In this document: positions 23,436 through 33,760 of the stretch, in pieces
How positions within the stretch are numbered: position 1 is the stretch's first letter
Layout of the letters: each line of letters begins with the position of its first letter
Origin: Octopus bimaculoides
Taxonomy: Eukaryota
Length of the DNA stretch: 56,962 bases
Assembly: GCF_001194135.2 (NCBI RefSeq)
Contig: NC_068988.1
Span: forward strand, 74,204,738-74,261,699
Direction of reading: 5' to 3'
Notes under the pieces: generated by a model
The model's input: the letters and a program-made list of their open reading frames with translations, nothing else
The model's database searches: none
What the model was told of the DNA's origin: nothing
Position numbers and translations under genes: made by a program

Positions 23436-24540
23436 TTAAACTTGGAAGGCAGCTCCTTGAGCAGCATTCCTTGTCTGATAACCTTAAACACATGCCCAAA
23501 GAGGTTGTACAACTCTATTGCAACATATCATCAGATGAAAGAATGAACGTATATGAGCAGAAGACCATGCATGGATATGTTAGTAAAAAGTTCCAGGGTG
23601 ATAATAACATTGAATCATCAAAGCAGTCTATCATGGACCAACAATCAGATTACTATCTCACACTTTGAAGGGTATGTGCTTGCAATCCTGGAACAGGAAA
23701 TATCAACCAGATACTTGATGCACAAAAGGAACAGAGATGCAGGAAAAGCAGTAAAATGTGACAACTGATGCAGACTTTGTGGAATTAAGATATCATTCAC
23801 ATCATAAGCAGTTGTCAGAAAATGTCATCATGATATTATCTACTGTATAATGAGATCCGTCGAAAGGATAACCTTGAAGGCAAAGAAATATGAACCCACA
23901 GTATGGTGGGAGCCATAGCCACTCATAACAAAAAGGAGCTCTAGTGGAATGTCCCAGTGAAAACCTCAATAAAACGTAAACACAGTAGACCTGATATAAT
24001 GATTTGGGACGGAGAAGAGAAATTGTGTACAGTTGTGGAAATCAGCTGCCCAGCAAATGTTAACATAAAGCTAATGGTTAATGAAAAAGAAAATACGTAT
24101 GCTGAACTATTGAGAAATGTGCAGTTACTCTATCCAGATTACAAGTTCAGGTTTATACCTGTAGTTATTGGGGAACTGCCTAAATACCAATCTTGAGAAA
24201 ACCAGAAAGGAGAAAGCTGATTTGAAGACTACAGATCCAAGCCATCACTGGAACTGTAAAAATCTGTAAAACTTTCCTGAAGATTATCATTTAAGTATAT
24301 ATAAGCATGTCTAGATATGCAAGTATATGTATGAAAATACATACATAAAACAAAACATACAAATCTGCACGTATACATACATACAAATAAAAATATCCCA
24401 TTGTTGATGTTGAAATTCCAATGGAGACTTGGATCTATGTTAGAAACCGACTCTTTCTCTATTGGCAAGAAATCTTGAAATAAAACTGAATAATGGCATA
24501 CAATTATGTGAATAAACAAATAAAACTGCTTGGATTTGAT
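23436..24540 (+). mobile_element. Second R4/Dong-like 3' fragment (CCHC + REL)
   Basis: MHGY...EGYVLAILEQEISTRY, CRLCG...HIISSC, and SRPDIMIWDGEEKLCTVVEISCPA...EKENTY...IPVVIG, with frameshifts. Confidence 0.85.
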
Positions 24541-24699
24541 ATACAAAATATATATACATGTATATAAGTAAATAGAGGGAAAGCAAAGACTAAAAATTTT
24601 CAGACAATGATAATCAAGTATAAATATATAGATATTTATATATTAACAGAGCACACTTACACAGAGTACAAATGACTGAGAAAATTAAAGGGGTGAGGT

Positions 24700-26550
24700 G
24701 TGACGTTAAAAGTCCAACAGCTGTTTCTGGGGATTTGGAGATCCATCATAATGTTGGCAGATGTAGTTCACCAGAATATGCAACCAGTAATGAAAACAAA
24801 TAAACATTGGATAAATTGAGTCTCCATCTACAGGGTTGCAAAAAGTCTAACTTTTCAGATCATGATACAGAAAAGTTTAAAGGTGGAATGGTTAAATGTG
24901 GAAGGCAAGGAATAGTGGTAGTGTAAGGAGTGTGGAAGCAGGGAAGGGTAAGAGATAATAGAGTTGGGAGATGAGTGGGAGGAGTGGGATGGGTAGTATT
25001 TGAAAAGTGGTCAGTTGTTGTTGGGTTTGTTAAAATTTTGGGATAAGGGCTATAGAACAAAAGGAAGTTGAGATTGTGAGAAAAGGAAGAGGCAATTATT
25101 AAAGGAAGTGAAAGGGTCCATTAACAGATGCTAGTAGGGTGGCAAAGGGGAAATCAGAGAAAGAAGTTAGATTGGCAGCAGAGGGAGATTACTAAGGTAT
25201 GTAGAAAAGTATGAGAGAAGAGAGAGGGAGGTGGACAGAGAGGCAGAGAGGGAGAGGTAGGTTGGTAGTCATGGCAGCAGTAGTTAGTGCTAGATGGTTT
25301 AGGTTGGAGGGAGGGATCAGAGAATGAAGGTGGGTTGGTGGCAGAAGGAGAGTACTGAGGTATGGAGAAGTGTATGAGAGTAAATTGGAGTTGGATAGAG
25401 AGGAAGGAAGAGGTGGATAGGTTGGTAGGTAAGGCAATAGGATAGATGCAAGTGGTTTCAGTTGAAGAGGAGATAGATGACAGGAAAAGAATATATATGA
25501 AGATTGGTTGGCTGTATGGGTGGGGGTACTGAGTAAGAGGAATGTGCAAAGGTAATCATAAGAAGAAAGAATTCAGTAGAAAGGGTGATATTAGTGAAGG
25601 GGGTATATTGCTTGTACAATCAAGTTGTACCTTAAGGTTAATCATAAGTAGGGTGAATTGTAATTAGGAGATTACATATATTTAACAAAATGAGCAAATG
25701 ATGAGTAGAACCTGTGCTTATAAGAGAGGATTACATCTGAGAATTTATTAAGTAATGAGGAATTGTGGTTGTGAACGATGGTGAGTGACCCTTAAACACA
25801 GTTTACAAATGCAGAGGTTAGTGATGTATAGAGGAATCTCACTTATGATGGACCAGGATAGGGTATAGGGAATGTTTTGGGATTTGAGGTTGCTAAGGAG
25901 GTAAATAATTTAGAAATTTGGATTGGACAAAGAGTTCATGCATGCTCAATAGCAGCACTTGAAATCAACAGTGCTGCCAATGTAAACCCTAGCTTGGTGG
26001 GAGCATGGTGTTACTACTTGGCATTTGTAGATTACATTTTTGTGTAGACAGAAACCTCCAAGAGGGCAGAGTTGAAACACCTGGAATTTGCACATTTTCC
26101 TGCCTGCCCTGCAGTTGGAATTGATCACTAGGAAGGTCAGGTCCGAATGGTCAGTTGCCAGCAAAGAAGAATGGGAGATATTATCAGTATCTGTGTTGGA
26201 TTGGGAGGGGGTACCACTGCTAGTTTACGTGATCATATCAGTAGCACTATGGGGAGAAGCATTAAGGGTGGTATTATTGAGTTGGGTAGGGTTACTAAGG
26301 GTTGTATTATTGCAACTAGATGGGTTGGGGTAGAGTTCAGTCAGATAGATTGTAGGGTCTAAGAACAGGCATTGAAGTTTGCATCTGTTAGAGGAAGCAA
26401 TTATGGATCCTAACTTAGGTGTGGTGATGTAGGAGATTTTAATAGATGATTTATTGAAGAAAGGGTAATATTTAGGCTGGGAAATTAGAGTTTAGAATTT
26501 TAAAGAAAAGTTTAGGTAGGGATTTAACTTACCTAAAAGGTGGCTGTCAG
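24700..26550 (-). mobile_element. Penelope-like remnant: GIY-YIG fragment, long pyrimidine-rich 3' region, degenerate hammerhead end
   Basis: CPLGGFCLHKNVIYKCQV...VYIGST (25946-26164). On the - strand, CTGGTGA...GAAACAGCTGTT near 24715-24775. Confidence 0.65.
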
Positions 26551-26553
26551 ACT

Positions 26554-27876
26554 TGTAACACCATACCTTCGCCCCTTTAATTTTCTTTGTTGTTTCTACT
26601 CTGTGTAAGTTTGCTCTGTGAACATATACATATCTACTTGAATATTCATTGTCTGAAAATTTTCGGTCTTTGTTTTCTTTCTATTTACTTGTATACATGT
26701 ACATATATTTTGTTTATCAGACCCAAGTAGTTTATTTCTTTATTTGCATCATTATTTCCATATCTGCTCACCTAGATTCATCTTATAGTCACTCTTTACC
26801 CCCACATATTTGGTCCCTTGTAAAGAGGTCAGAGTGTAGGTTCAAATCATTTGAGCACTGTAGCGAATCTTCTCTCTCAGTTATATATACATGCAAATGC
26901 GAACGTAGCAGATAACATCTAGCTTTCAGCTGCATCTTGGGACCCTGTTGTGTCCACCACTCCGATTGGTTGGTAGAGGCGCTCTTTTGTCTCTAGTTCT
27001 GTTTCGCACCAGGCTGCAGACCAACCAATCATAGCCTTCCGATAAGGTCACGTGGAATGGTTTTCTAAACCCCTCTGTGAGCTGATTTTTCTCTATACAA
27101 AAGCCAGCTTCGTCTGAGCTAGGTCGTCACGGCTTCAGACCTTCTGAGATCTAGCCATTGACCACAGAGCACCAACCAGCCAGTTTCCAGCGACGACATG
27201 ACTCCGCTCTACTGGAGAATCAACACCACCGTTCAACTGTTTACTACAAGCTTTGTCACCAGCATCTACACCGACGTCTCTACGTACACACTGCCAACAG
27301 CGCCCGCACAGTTTCTCTCAACACTGTTTGTGTGAATCACTTCACCATGAATAACAGCCAGAACTCAACCAGTGAGAACCATTTGTACCAAGTAACCGGT
27401 CGCAGCATCGTAGCCTCAACTTCTTCTCACGACATGTGACTCTTTGGCTCTGCTATTCGGCCCCAACCTCTTATGTACAGACTTTCAACTACTGTGTACC
27501 TTCACTAAGAACTGGGATTTCTTATCCTTGTGTTCAGGACACTTAACGTCCTTGGTATAGACTCTTTTCTATGCTTTGTATTCTCTCGCACTCACACATA
27601 CATGTTTGTATCCACACACTCTTTTGTTTACATGACGGCCTGTCTTATATTGTGCTATTATTATGTCACATTCACTCACACGCACATACAGTTTAATGCT
27701 CCAATAAAACCTTTCCCTTTATACTTCTTTACCAGTTGTGTCTCTCTCTTTTCCTTGTTGGCACTTCATCACATTCACTTGTGAGTTCTTATTTATATAT
27801 TTTGTGTCAACCGTGCGATGCGTTAAAAGAAGCCTTTCCTTCGTCACCATTCTCCTTGGTCGCATGGTCATCTACA
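26554..27876 (+). mobile_element. Solo LTR (~1.3 kb), related to the LTR at 13833-15089
   Basis: TGT...ACA termini; CCAAT 27025-27029, CACGTG 27049-27054, TATACAAAA 27094-27102, AATAAA 27703-27708. The 3' end (...TTCGTCACCATTCTCCTT..CGCATGGTCATCTACA) matches the other LTR. No clean TSD. Confidence 0.75.
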
Positions 27877-28434
27877 GCACTACTAAGTGTTTTCTATATT
27901 GATAATCTCTGGATTTCATCTGGTGATCTAGTGAATCTATATATGTCTGTGTATGTGCATGTGTGTGTATGTATGTATGTATGTATGTATGTATGTATGT
28001 ATGTGTGTATGTATGTATGTGCATATGTATACATATAGTATTGCAATATGTCAAGAAGTGTGGTATTGTGCTGCCTACAGGTCCCAATTAAGTAGGTATA
28101 ATTCAATAACTTTCTTAGTCTTGTACACTTGAAGTGTACCTTGCTTTGGAATTCAGAAGATGATTATAGTGAAAGACAGAGGTGAGAGAAGACTGTCATG
28201 TTGTAGATTTAGCACAGATGACAGAAAGGAAAGGCTAAAGAAAGAAAACTAAAGTATAATCAGCGAAAAGTTAAATGAGATAATTGCATCATTGTTAAAT
28301 TATGTAGGAGTCTTGATTCATAGCAGACATTTAGAAGGGCAAGTGTATTTTGTTTTGATCCTAATAAAAATGTTGACCAAAACCAGTTGATTTGATAATA
28401 AGAACATCATACAACAATAAAATATAGATTCTTT

Positions 28435-28640
28435 TCTTTTCTACTCTCAGCACAACATTTTTGGGGAGGGAGCCAGTCGATTAGATTGACCCCAGTACGC
28501 AACTGGTACTTAATTTATTGACCCCAAAAGGATGAAAGGCAAAGTCAACCTCAGCGGAATTTGAACTCAGAATGTAAAGACAAACGAAATACCACTAAGC
28601 ATTTCACCTGGCATGCTAATGTTTCTGCCAGCTCGCCACC
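28435..28640 (-). mobile_element. Second tRNA-derived SINE family (also + strand at ~34330-34540 and ~35200-35370)
   Basis: Shared GAGTTCAAATTCCGC..GACTTTGCCTTTCATCC..GGGGTCGAT body. Confidence 0.75.
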
Positions 28641-28715
28641 TTCAATAAAATGTAGATTATATAAATAGAAAAACTTTACTATAAAAGGTAAAACATGAAT
28701 TTATTTTGTTTTCAG

Positions 28716-28787
28716 AGTGTCAAAAACTTGAAGAACGGGACCTCATGATGATTAGCAAATTGTTGGGAAGAAAATGGTGGCAAGTAG
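28716..28787 (+). CDS. MIB2-like protein, Death-domain exon 1
   Basis: Acceptor ttttgttttcag| and donor |gtgcgt; phase 1/1. (E)CQKLEERDLMMISKLLGRKWWQV(G) fits Death-domain helices 1-2 (L..I...LG..W..LG). Confidence 0.8.
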
Positions 28788-29269
28788 GTGCGTATAAAAT
28801 AACTTTACCAAATTGATTTCTATAAAGGTAAATTTTAACTGAAAATTTATCTGAAAAGTTGTGTATATTACTCATATTTAATAAAACATTTACAAGATTT
28901 AACATAGTAGTAAGGACAAATGACACAATAAATTAAATATTGTTTCTTGGGGTATGAAACAAAAATATCTCATTCTGTTGGGGCAGATATGTCTGTGTTT
29001 GGGAATGGTTTTGTTTGTGTTACTTTTTTTATTGCATTTACTGATAGAGGCTGGAGGGTGGTGGAATTTAACCCTGTTTTGATAGTATTATATGCTTTCA
29101 AAGATATTCTTTTCTAAATATGCCTGTCTAGCTAATTAGAACTTGATACTGCCAGTCAACCCCTCTCAATTATCACTATGACATGTATAGTTAAATTTTG
29201 GGTAGAAATCAAAGATCAATGACATGCATGATCAAAGTCACTGTCACCTGACTATCCATCTGGTTAAGG

Positions 29270-29680
29270 ACTACACTTTCACTGACATGCATGTGGTGCA
29301 ATGTTGTAGTTTTGACATGTTGCTATACGTCCATTGTCCAGTTTCCATCTAGGTGAGCATGACACCAGTTTCCATCTAGGTGAGCAGTGGTTACTTGTAA
29401 ATGGTGTAATGTTGCAGTCTACACATGTTGTTGTCTCCCAACTATCCAGTCTAGTTGAAGATCATACTTAAATGACATGCACTGGTTAACTGTGTGTGGT
29501 GCAACATTACTGTCTAGACACACCATGTCTCTCTATTGTTCAGTTTTCATCTAGTTGAGAACTACTACACTTTACTGACATGAAGTGGTTAATTGGTGTG
29601 GTGCAGTGTTGTAAACAAGATATGTTGTAGTCTTTCCACTGCCCAGTCTAGGTGAGGACTACACTTCACTGACACGTGGT
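29270..29680. repeat. Intronic tandem repeat (~95-100 bp unit, 4-5 diverged copies)
   Basis: Recurrent CTACACTTTCACTGACATG..GTGGTGCAATGTTGTAG..TCCAGT..ATCTAGGTGAG. Confidence 0.75.
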
Positions 29681-29772
29681 GGTTAATTGTATATTGAGCA
29701 GTGTAGGTATCTTTTATATTATTAATGTTGTTATTACTGTTGTAGTAATTCATATTATTGTATTTGTTGTAG

Positions 29773-29993
29773 GTATCTTCTTAGGAATCAAAGTTGTTGA
29801 ACTGGAAATTATCAGAGGTGATTGTCCACTTGAAATTATACATCAAAGTTTCCAAATGTTACACAAATGGTTAAATCGTAGTGCAACTGGGGAATGCACA
29901 GTTAACCTCCTAAGAAAAGTTCTTGAAGAAGCTGAATGTTTTGATGCACTTGATTACCTTCAGAAAAATCAGGAATTTCAATGTAATTGCTGA
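29773..29993 (+). CDS. MIB2-like protein, terminal Death-domain exon
   Basis: Acceptor tttgttgtag|, phase 1. (G)IFLGIKVVELEIIRGDCPLEIIHQSFQMLHKWLNRSATGECTVNLLRKVLEEAECFDALDYLQKNQEFQCNC* has the Death-domain pattern LG....I..I......Q...ML..W......T...L...L. AATAAA at 30054-30059. Confidence 0.85.
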
Positions 29994-30984
29994 TTATGAG
30001 TGTGTATTTTAACTTAGAATGGAGGAGTGTGAGGGAGAAAGATAAACTTTAAAAATAAAGATAAACATTTATATCCTGCAGTGTAATGTTGATATAAGTA
30101 CCTTTTCTAACACTTCTATAGATCACTTTCCTCTGTTTAGTCAAGATTCAAAACCCAGTCCACACACCTGTTGCTTGTCAGATGAATGTCTGATCCTTTG
30201 TCTTTTATCTCTATGTTGGGAAATAAATGAGAAACACCTGCCGGCCCCACCCCTCCAGATCAATTTATTGTTTTAGGTCTGACCTACTGTCCGAACCTTA
30301 TATAACCAATTGAAAAGTTTGCTTCAACATCTTTGGTTTTCAACCAGCTAACTGAGAGCATATCTATCCTTGCACTTTTCAGTCGTCTGACAAAGAGCAT
30401 TAGCTGAATGGAAAGGGACAACGCAATTTTGACCCTTTGTTCCTCTTTGTCAGCAGACCATAACTTGGCTTACACACACAGCTTCCAACACACACTAAGA
30501 GAGCACGAACAACACATTATACCATTGTCATCTATACAACTACTACTATGTCTGTGATACTAACCACTGCCAGCTAATAAATCTGTAAATATCGTTCTTT
30601 TCTTTCAATGTTCTTATTACACTGCCTCATCCTACTTTCAGCTATCTACATGTAACAACCCCAATGCTGAAAAAGAATTACTATTTCTATATGTAGTAAC
30701 TTTTCATCTGTGCATTACAATTCATAACTCTCACATGAGAAACACAACCGTACATTACATTTGGTAACCCAGCACATCTCTATTAGATTTGGTGACCTCA
30801 CATACTTGTATGTTGCATCTGATGACCTCAGCATAAGAAACATATCGTATCATTACACTTCTATTGTTATATAGAAAGTTTTAATAGTCTTTGTGTTACA
30901 TATATACTTCCTTCATTATAGCTTAGGGTACAATAGCCATTTTATATCTATATCAATTCTCTTAATATCTTTGTTATAATATTT

Positions 30985-31270
30985 CTTTTATATGATGTAC
31001 GCTAGTCTCTACCCTTTTTCTCTCTCCTTGGAACATGTATATGATGTACCTTAGGACCAAGTTTCCCTCCCTTCACCCATTCTTTCTCCCATAACAATTC
31101 TGTTATATGAAGTACCTTCGGGCCTAATTTCTCTCACCCTTCTCGCTCTCTCTTTCTCAGTTTATCTATCTATCTATCTAACACTTCTTTTATATGATGT
31201 ACCTTAGGGCTTAGTCTCTCCCTTTCCCTTTCCTAATAACATTACTTTTAAATGTACTTTAGGGTCTATT
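30985..31270. repeat. Minisatellite (~60-70 bp unit, ~5 copies)
   Basis: Recurrent TATATGATGTACCTTAGG..TAGTCTCTCCCT. Confidence 0.75.
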
Positions 31271-31639
31271 CTCCCTTCCCACTCCTTTCCTTGCTCTTTA
31301 TGTATGTAGATTTCTGTAAGTTCATTGTCTTGATGAACTGTATCAGTAACAACTCGAGAGTTACCTCCTTCCAGTCATTTCAAAATAAGGTGTATGCATT
31401 TCAGTTAAGTACATTTTATATCTATTCAGATGTCTTGATAAACTAGGCTTTGTAAACATAATGCTAACAAAAACAGAGGACACTATAGTGAAAAAGAGAT
31501 GGAGAAGATAATATTGTTTTTGGGAATAAGGGCTGAATACAATTGATGATAGTAGGCATTGTGGAGAAACTGAATGAAAATGGCAGAGAGAGAGAGAGAG
31601 AGAGAGGAGGCGAGAGGCATTCCCCTCTCCTCCACTCCC

Positions 31640-32215
31640 TCTTCCCCTTGCTGGTTTGGCATCTACAGACTAGTTTCGGTGTAGTTGCCTCTTATCAATG
31701 TAGAGTAGCTGAACTCAGCAGGTGTCGCTGCTGACCATCTGTTCGAAGGATTATTTACCTAAATTCAGTGAAATACATCCACTGGTTTTCAAAAATAGAA
31801 ATATTAATATTTCTAAATCTCTCTAAAGGAGACTACGGCAGTGGAACTGGATATTAATAGTTACCACCAAGCTAACATGGCAGTCCAGAAAAATAGGATG
31901 AATGCTGCCGTTGATTAGCTCCAAGAGGCCATCGCCTCTAGCTACTCTACATTGATAAAAGACAACTACCCCAAAACTAGTCTGCGGATGCCAAACCAGC
32001 AAGGGGAAGCTACTGACCTACCCTGTTCGAAGGTTATAATGGACACAGGTTCGTGTGTCACATAGCTAGCTAAAGGCAATGGCCTCTTGGAGCTAATCAA
32101 TGACAGCATTTGTCCTATTTTCCTAGACTGCCATGTTAGCTTGGCGATAACTATTAATATCCAGTAACACTGCCGTAGTCTCCTGTAGAGAGATTTAGAA
32201 ATATTAATATTTCTA
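31640..32215. repeat. Interlocked inverted repeats (31799-31943/32062-32215 and ~31642-31710/~31940-32008)
   Basis: Arms are reverse complements by eye, e.g. GCTAACATGGCAGTC/GACTGCCATGTTAGC and CCCCTTGCTGGTTTGGCATC/GATGCCAAACCAGCAAGGGG. Confidence 0.85.
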
Positions 32216-32269
32216 TTATATCAACAATGATAATTATAATAATGATTACAGTAATGCTTTTAATTGCAA

Positions 32270-32860
32270 CCTGGATGATATGGGGGGAATTGGTGTGCTT
32301 AACACCAACAGTGACTCTAGAAATATCAAACATACTGCTAATAATCAAATTACCCTTAACAACCTTATCTTAGTGCCATTTACACTATGTAATTTTAGAA
32401 ATAAATTCCAGTTCCCTCTGAATAATAAGTGCCTGACTAAACACATTGTGTATAAATGTAATATTTATACTAACTAGAACACTTTTACCAATGTGGGTTC
32501 AACCACTTCCTCTTTCAAACTAAAATTTTATAACCACACTCACACCTTTAAATGAACAGATAAAACTAAAACCACATCACTTGCTACAAAAATCTAGGAG
32601 TAAAAAGATAAAGATGTCCACTGCAATATTACCTAGAGTTTTGTGAAACATGCTAAGCCTTTCTTTAGCAATAGATATATTTGGAACCTCTACTGAATGG
32701 AATTATTAGAAATCCTGAAATGCTCAGATGAAGTTATCAATAATTAAGACAAACTTAGGATTAAATGCCTGCATTCTATACAAAGAGGTCTACTCAGAAA
32801 ATTTTCTAAAGAGTTAACATGATTCAGTATCAATTGTTTGTTAGATTGAATATAAATAAA
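32270..32860 (+). mobile_element. Penelope-like GIY-YIG remnant
   Basis: CNFRNKFQFPLNNKCLTKHIVYKCNI...NVGSTTSSFKLKFYNHTHTFK. Confidence 0.7.
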
Positions 32861-33169
32861 CCCCTTCTGACTTTCTTTTATCTTAAAGTCTATAACTGTA
32901 AATTATAATTCCTCCTCTTCCTGTTCTTAAATGACACCCACTTTATACATCGTATAAATTAAAACCTTTGTTTGTAACTCCACCTTATAGAAGTCAATAT
33001 TTTCACCTCAGTTAATTTTACTTTTCTCCTAGTTCTGTGCTTTCTGGAAGAACAGCTTTCATGTAACTGAGATGTGATGTCAACCTGATATTTCAAATGG
33101 TCGCAGTCCTTTGGTGGCAGAGGTACCTTGTGACTTTTTACATAAATAATATATGAATTAACTATAGTT

Positions 33170-33760
33170 AGACATAATACTGGAGATATATGGATCATCA
33201 TAACTTATATCAGGATTCCAGTAGTTCCACAGTAGAATTAAACTGCTTGATACCAAACATAATGTTTATAGTAAAAAAAGTTCACTATGGCAGTAACCGT
33301 TGGCTGCCATAGTGGATTGGGTCTTCCACAAATAGAAATTATGCATTGAGCATATTTGTTTCCTCCATGATAGTTTCAAAAAAAACTTTGCAGTAAAAAT
33401 AAAAATAAATAGTTCAATGGTTGAGTACTGGGAGGTAGACTGTATTGTGGACTAGTCTTTTCTGTGAAATTACAAATTGTGGTTGATGTAGTAATCTTCA
33501 ACCATGTTGTAATGTTTGCAATATCATATTTATCTATCACTTTCATTATCAAACTCTTCCTCGCCGACAAAGATTCATAAATGTCAATACGATTCATCCA
33601 AAGACAAATCACTGCTGTTTTCATTTATATTTTGTACATCATCAAGAGTAAAACCTTCAAAGTTGGAATCACTACTAGTGGATGCCGTATTGTTAAAAAC
33701 TAAGTTATACACTTCTCTTCAAATGTTGAAAAAACCAAGAAGTCTCAAAAATTTCACTAT
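33170..33760 (-). mobile_element. piggyBac-type transposase N-terminal remnant
   Basis: - strand acidic SSDSNFEGFTLDD, then NFTEKTSPQYSLPPSTQPLNYLFLF, IMEETN, IMFGIKQ and YWNPDISYDDPYISSIMS, matching the piggyBac/PGBD order 'P.DYF.LF...ETN...MG...YW'. Many frameshifts. Confidence 0.55.

Noticed and set aside
28157-28181. Candidate micro-exon (ttcag|AAGATG...CAGAG|gtgaga) between the RING and DD exons
   Set aside because: At 25 nt it would break the phase-1/phase-1 frame unless paired with another unseen exon. Additional exons hidden in gaps cannot be excluded.
4031-28715. Antisense orientation bias of intronic TEs
   Set aside because: Several elements are sense (RTE 9440, Penelope 10600, both R4-like copies, LTR 26554), so there is no convincing bias in this sample.
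29676-29993. Stand-alone 105-aa membrane-protein ORF
   Set aside because: The first 32 residues are intron; the coding part starts at the acceptor at 29773.
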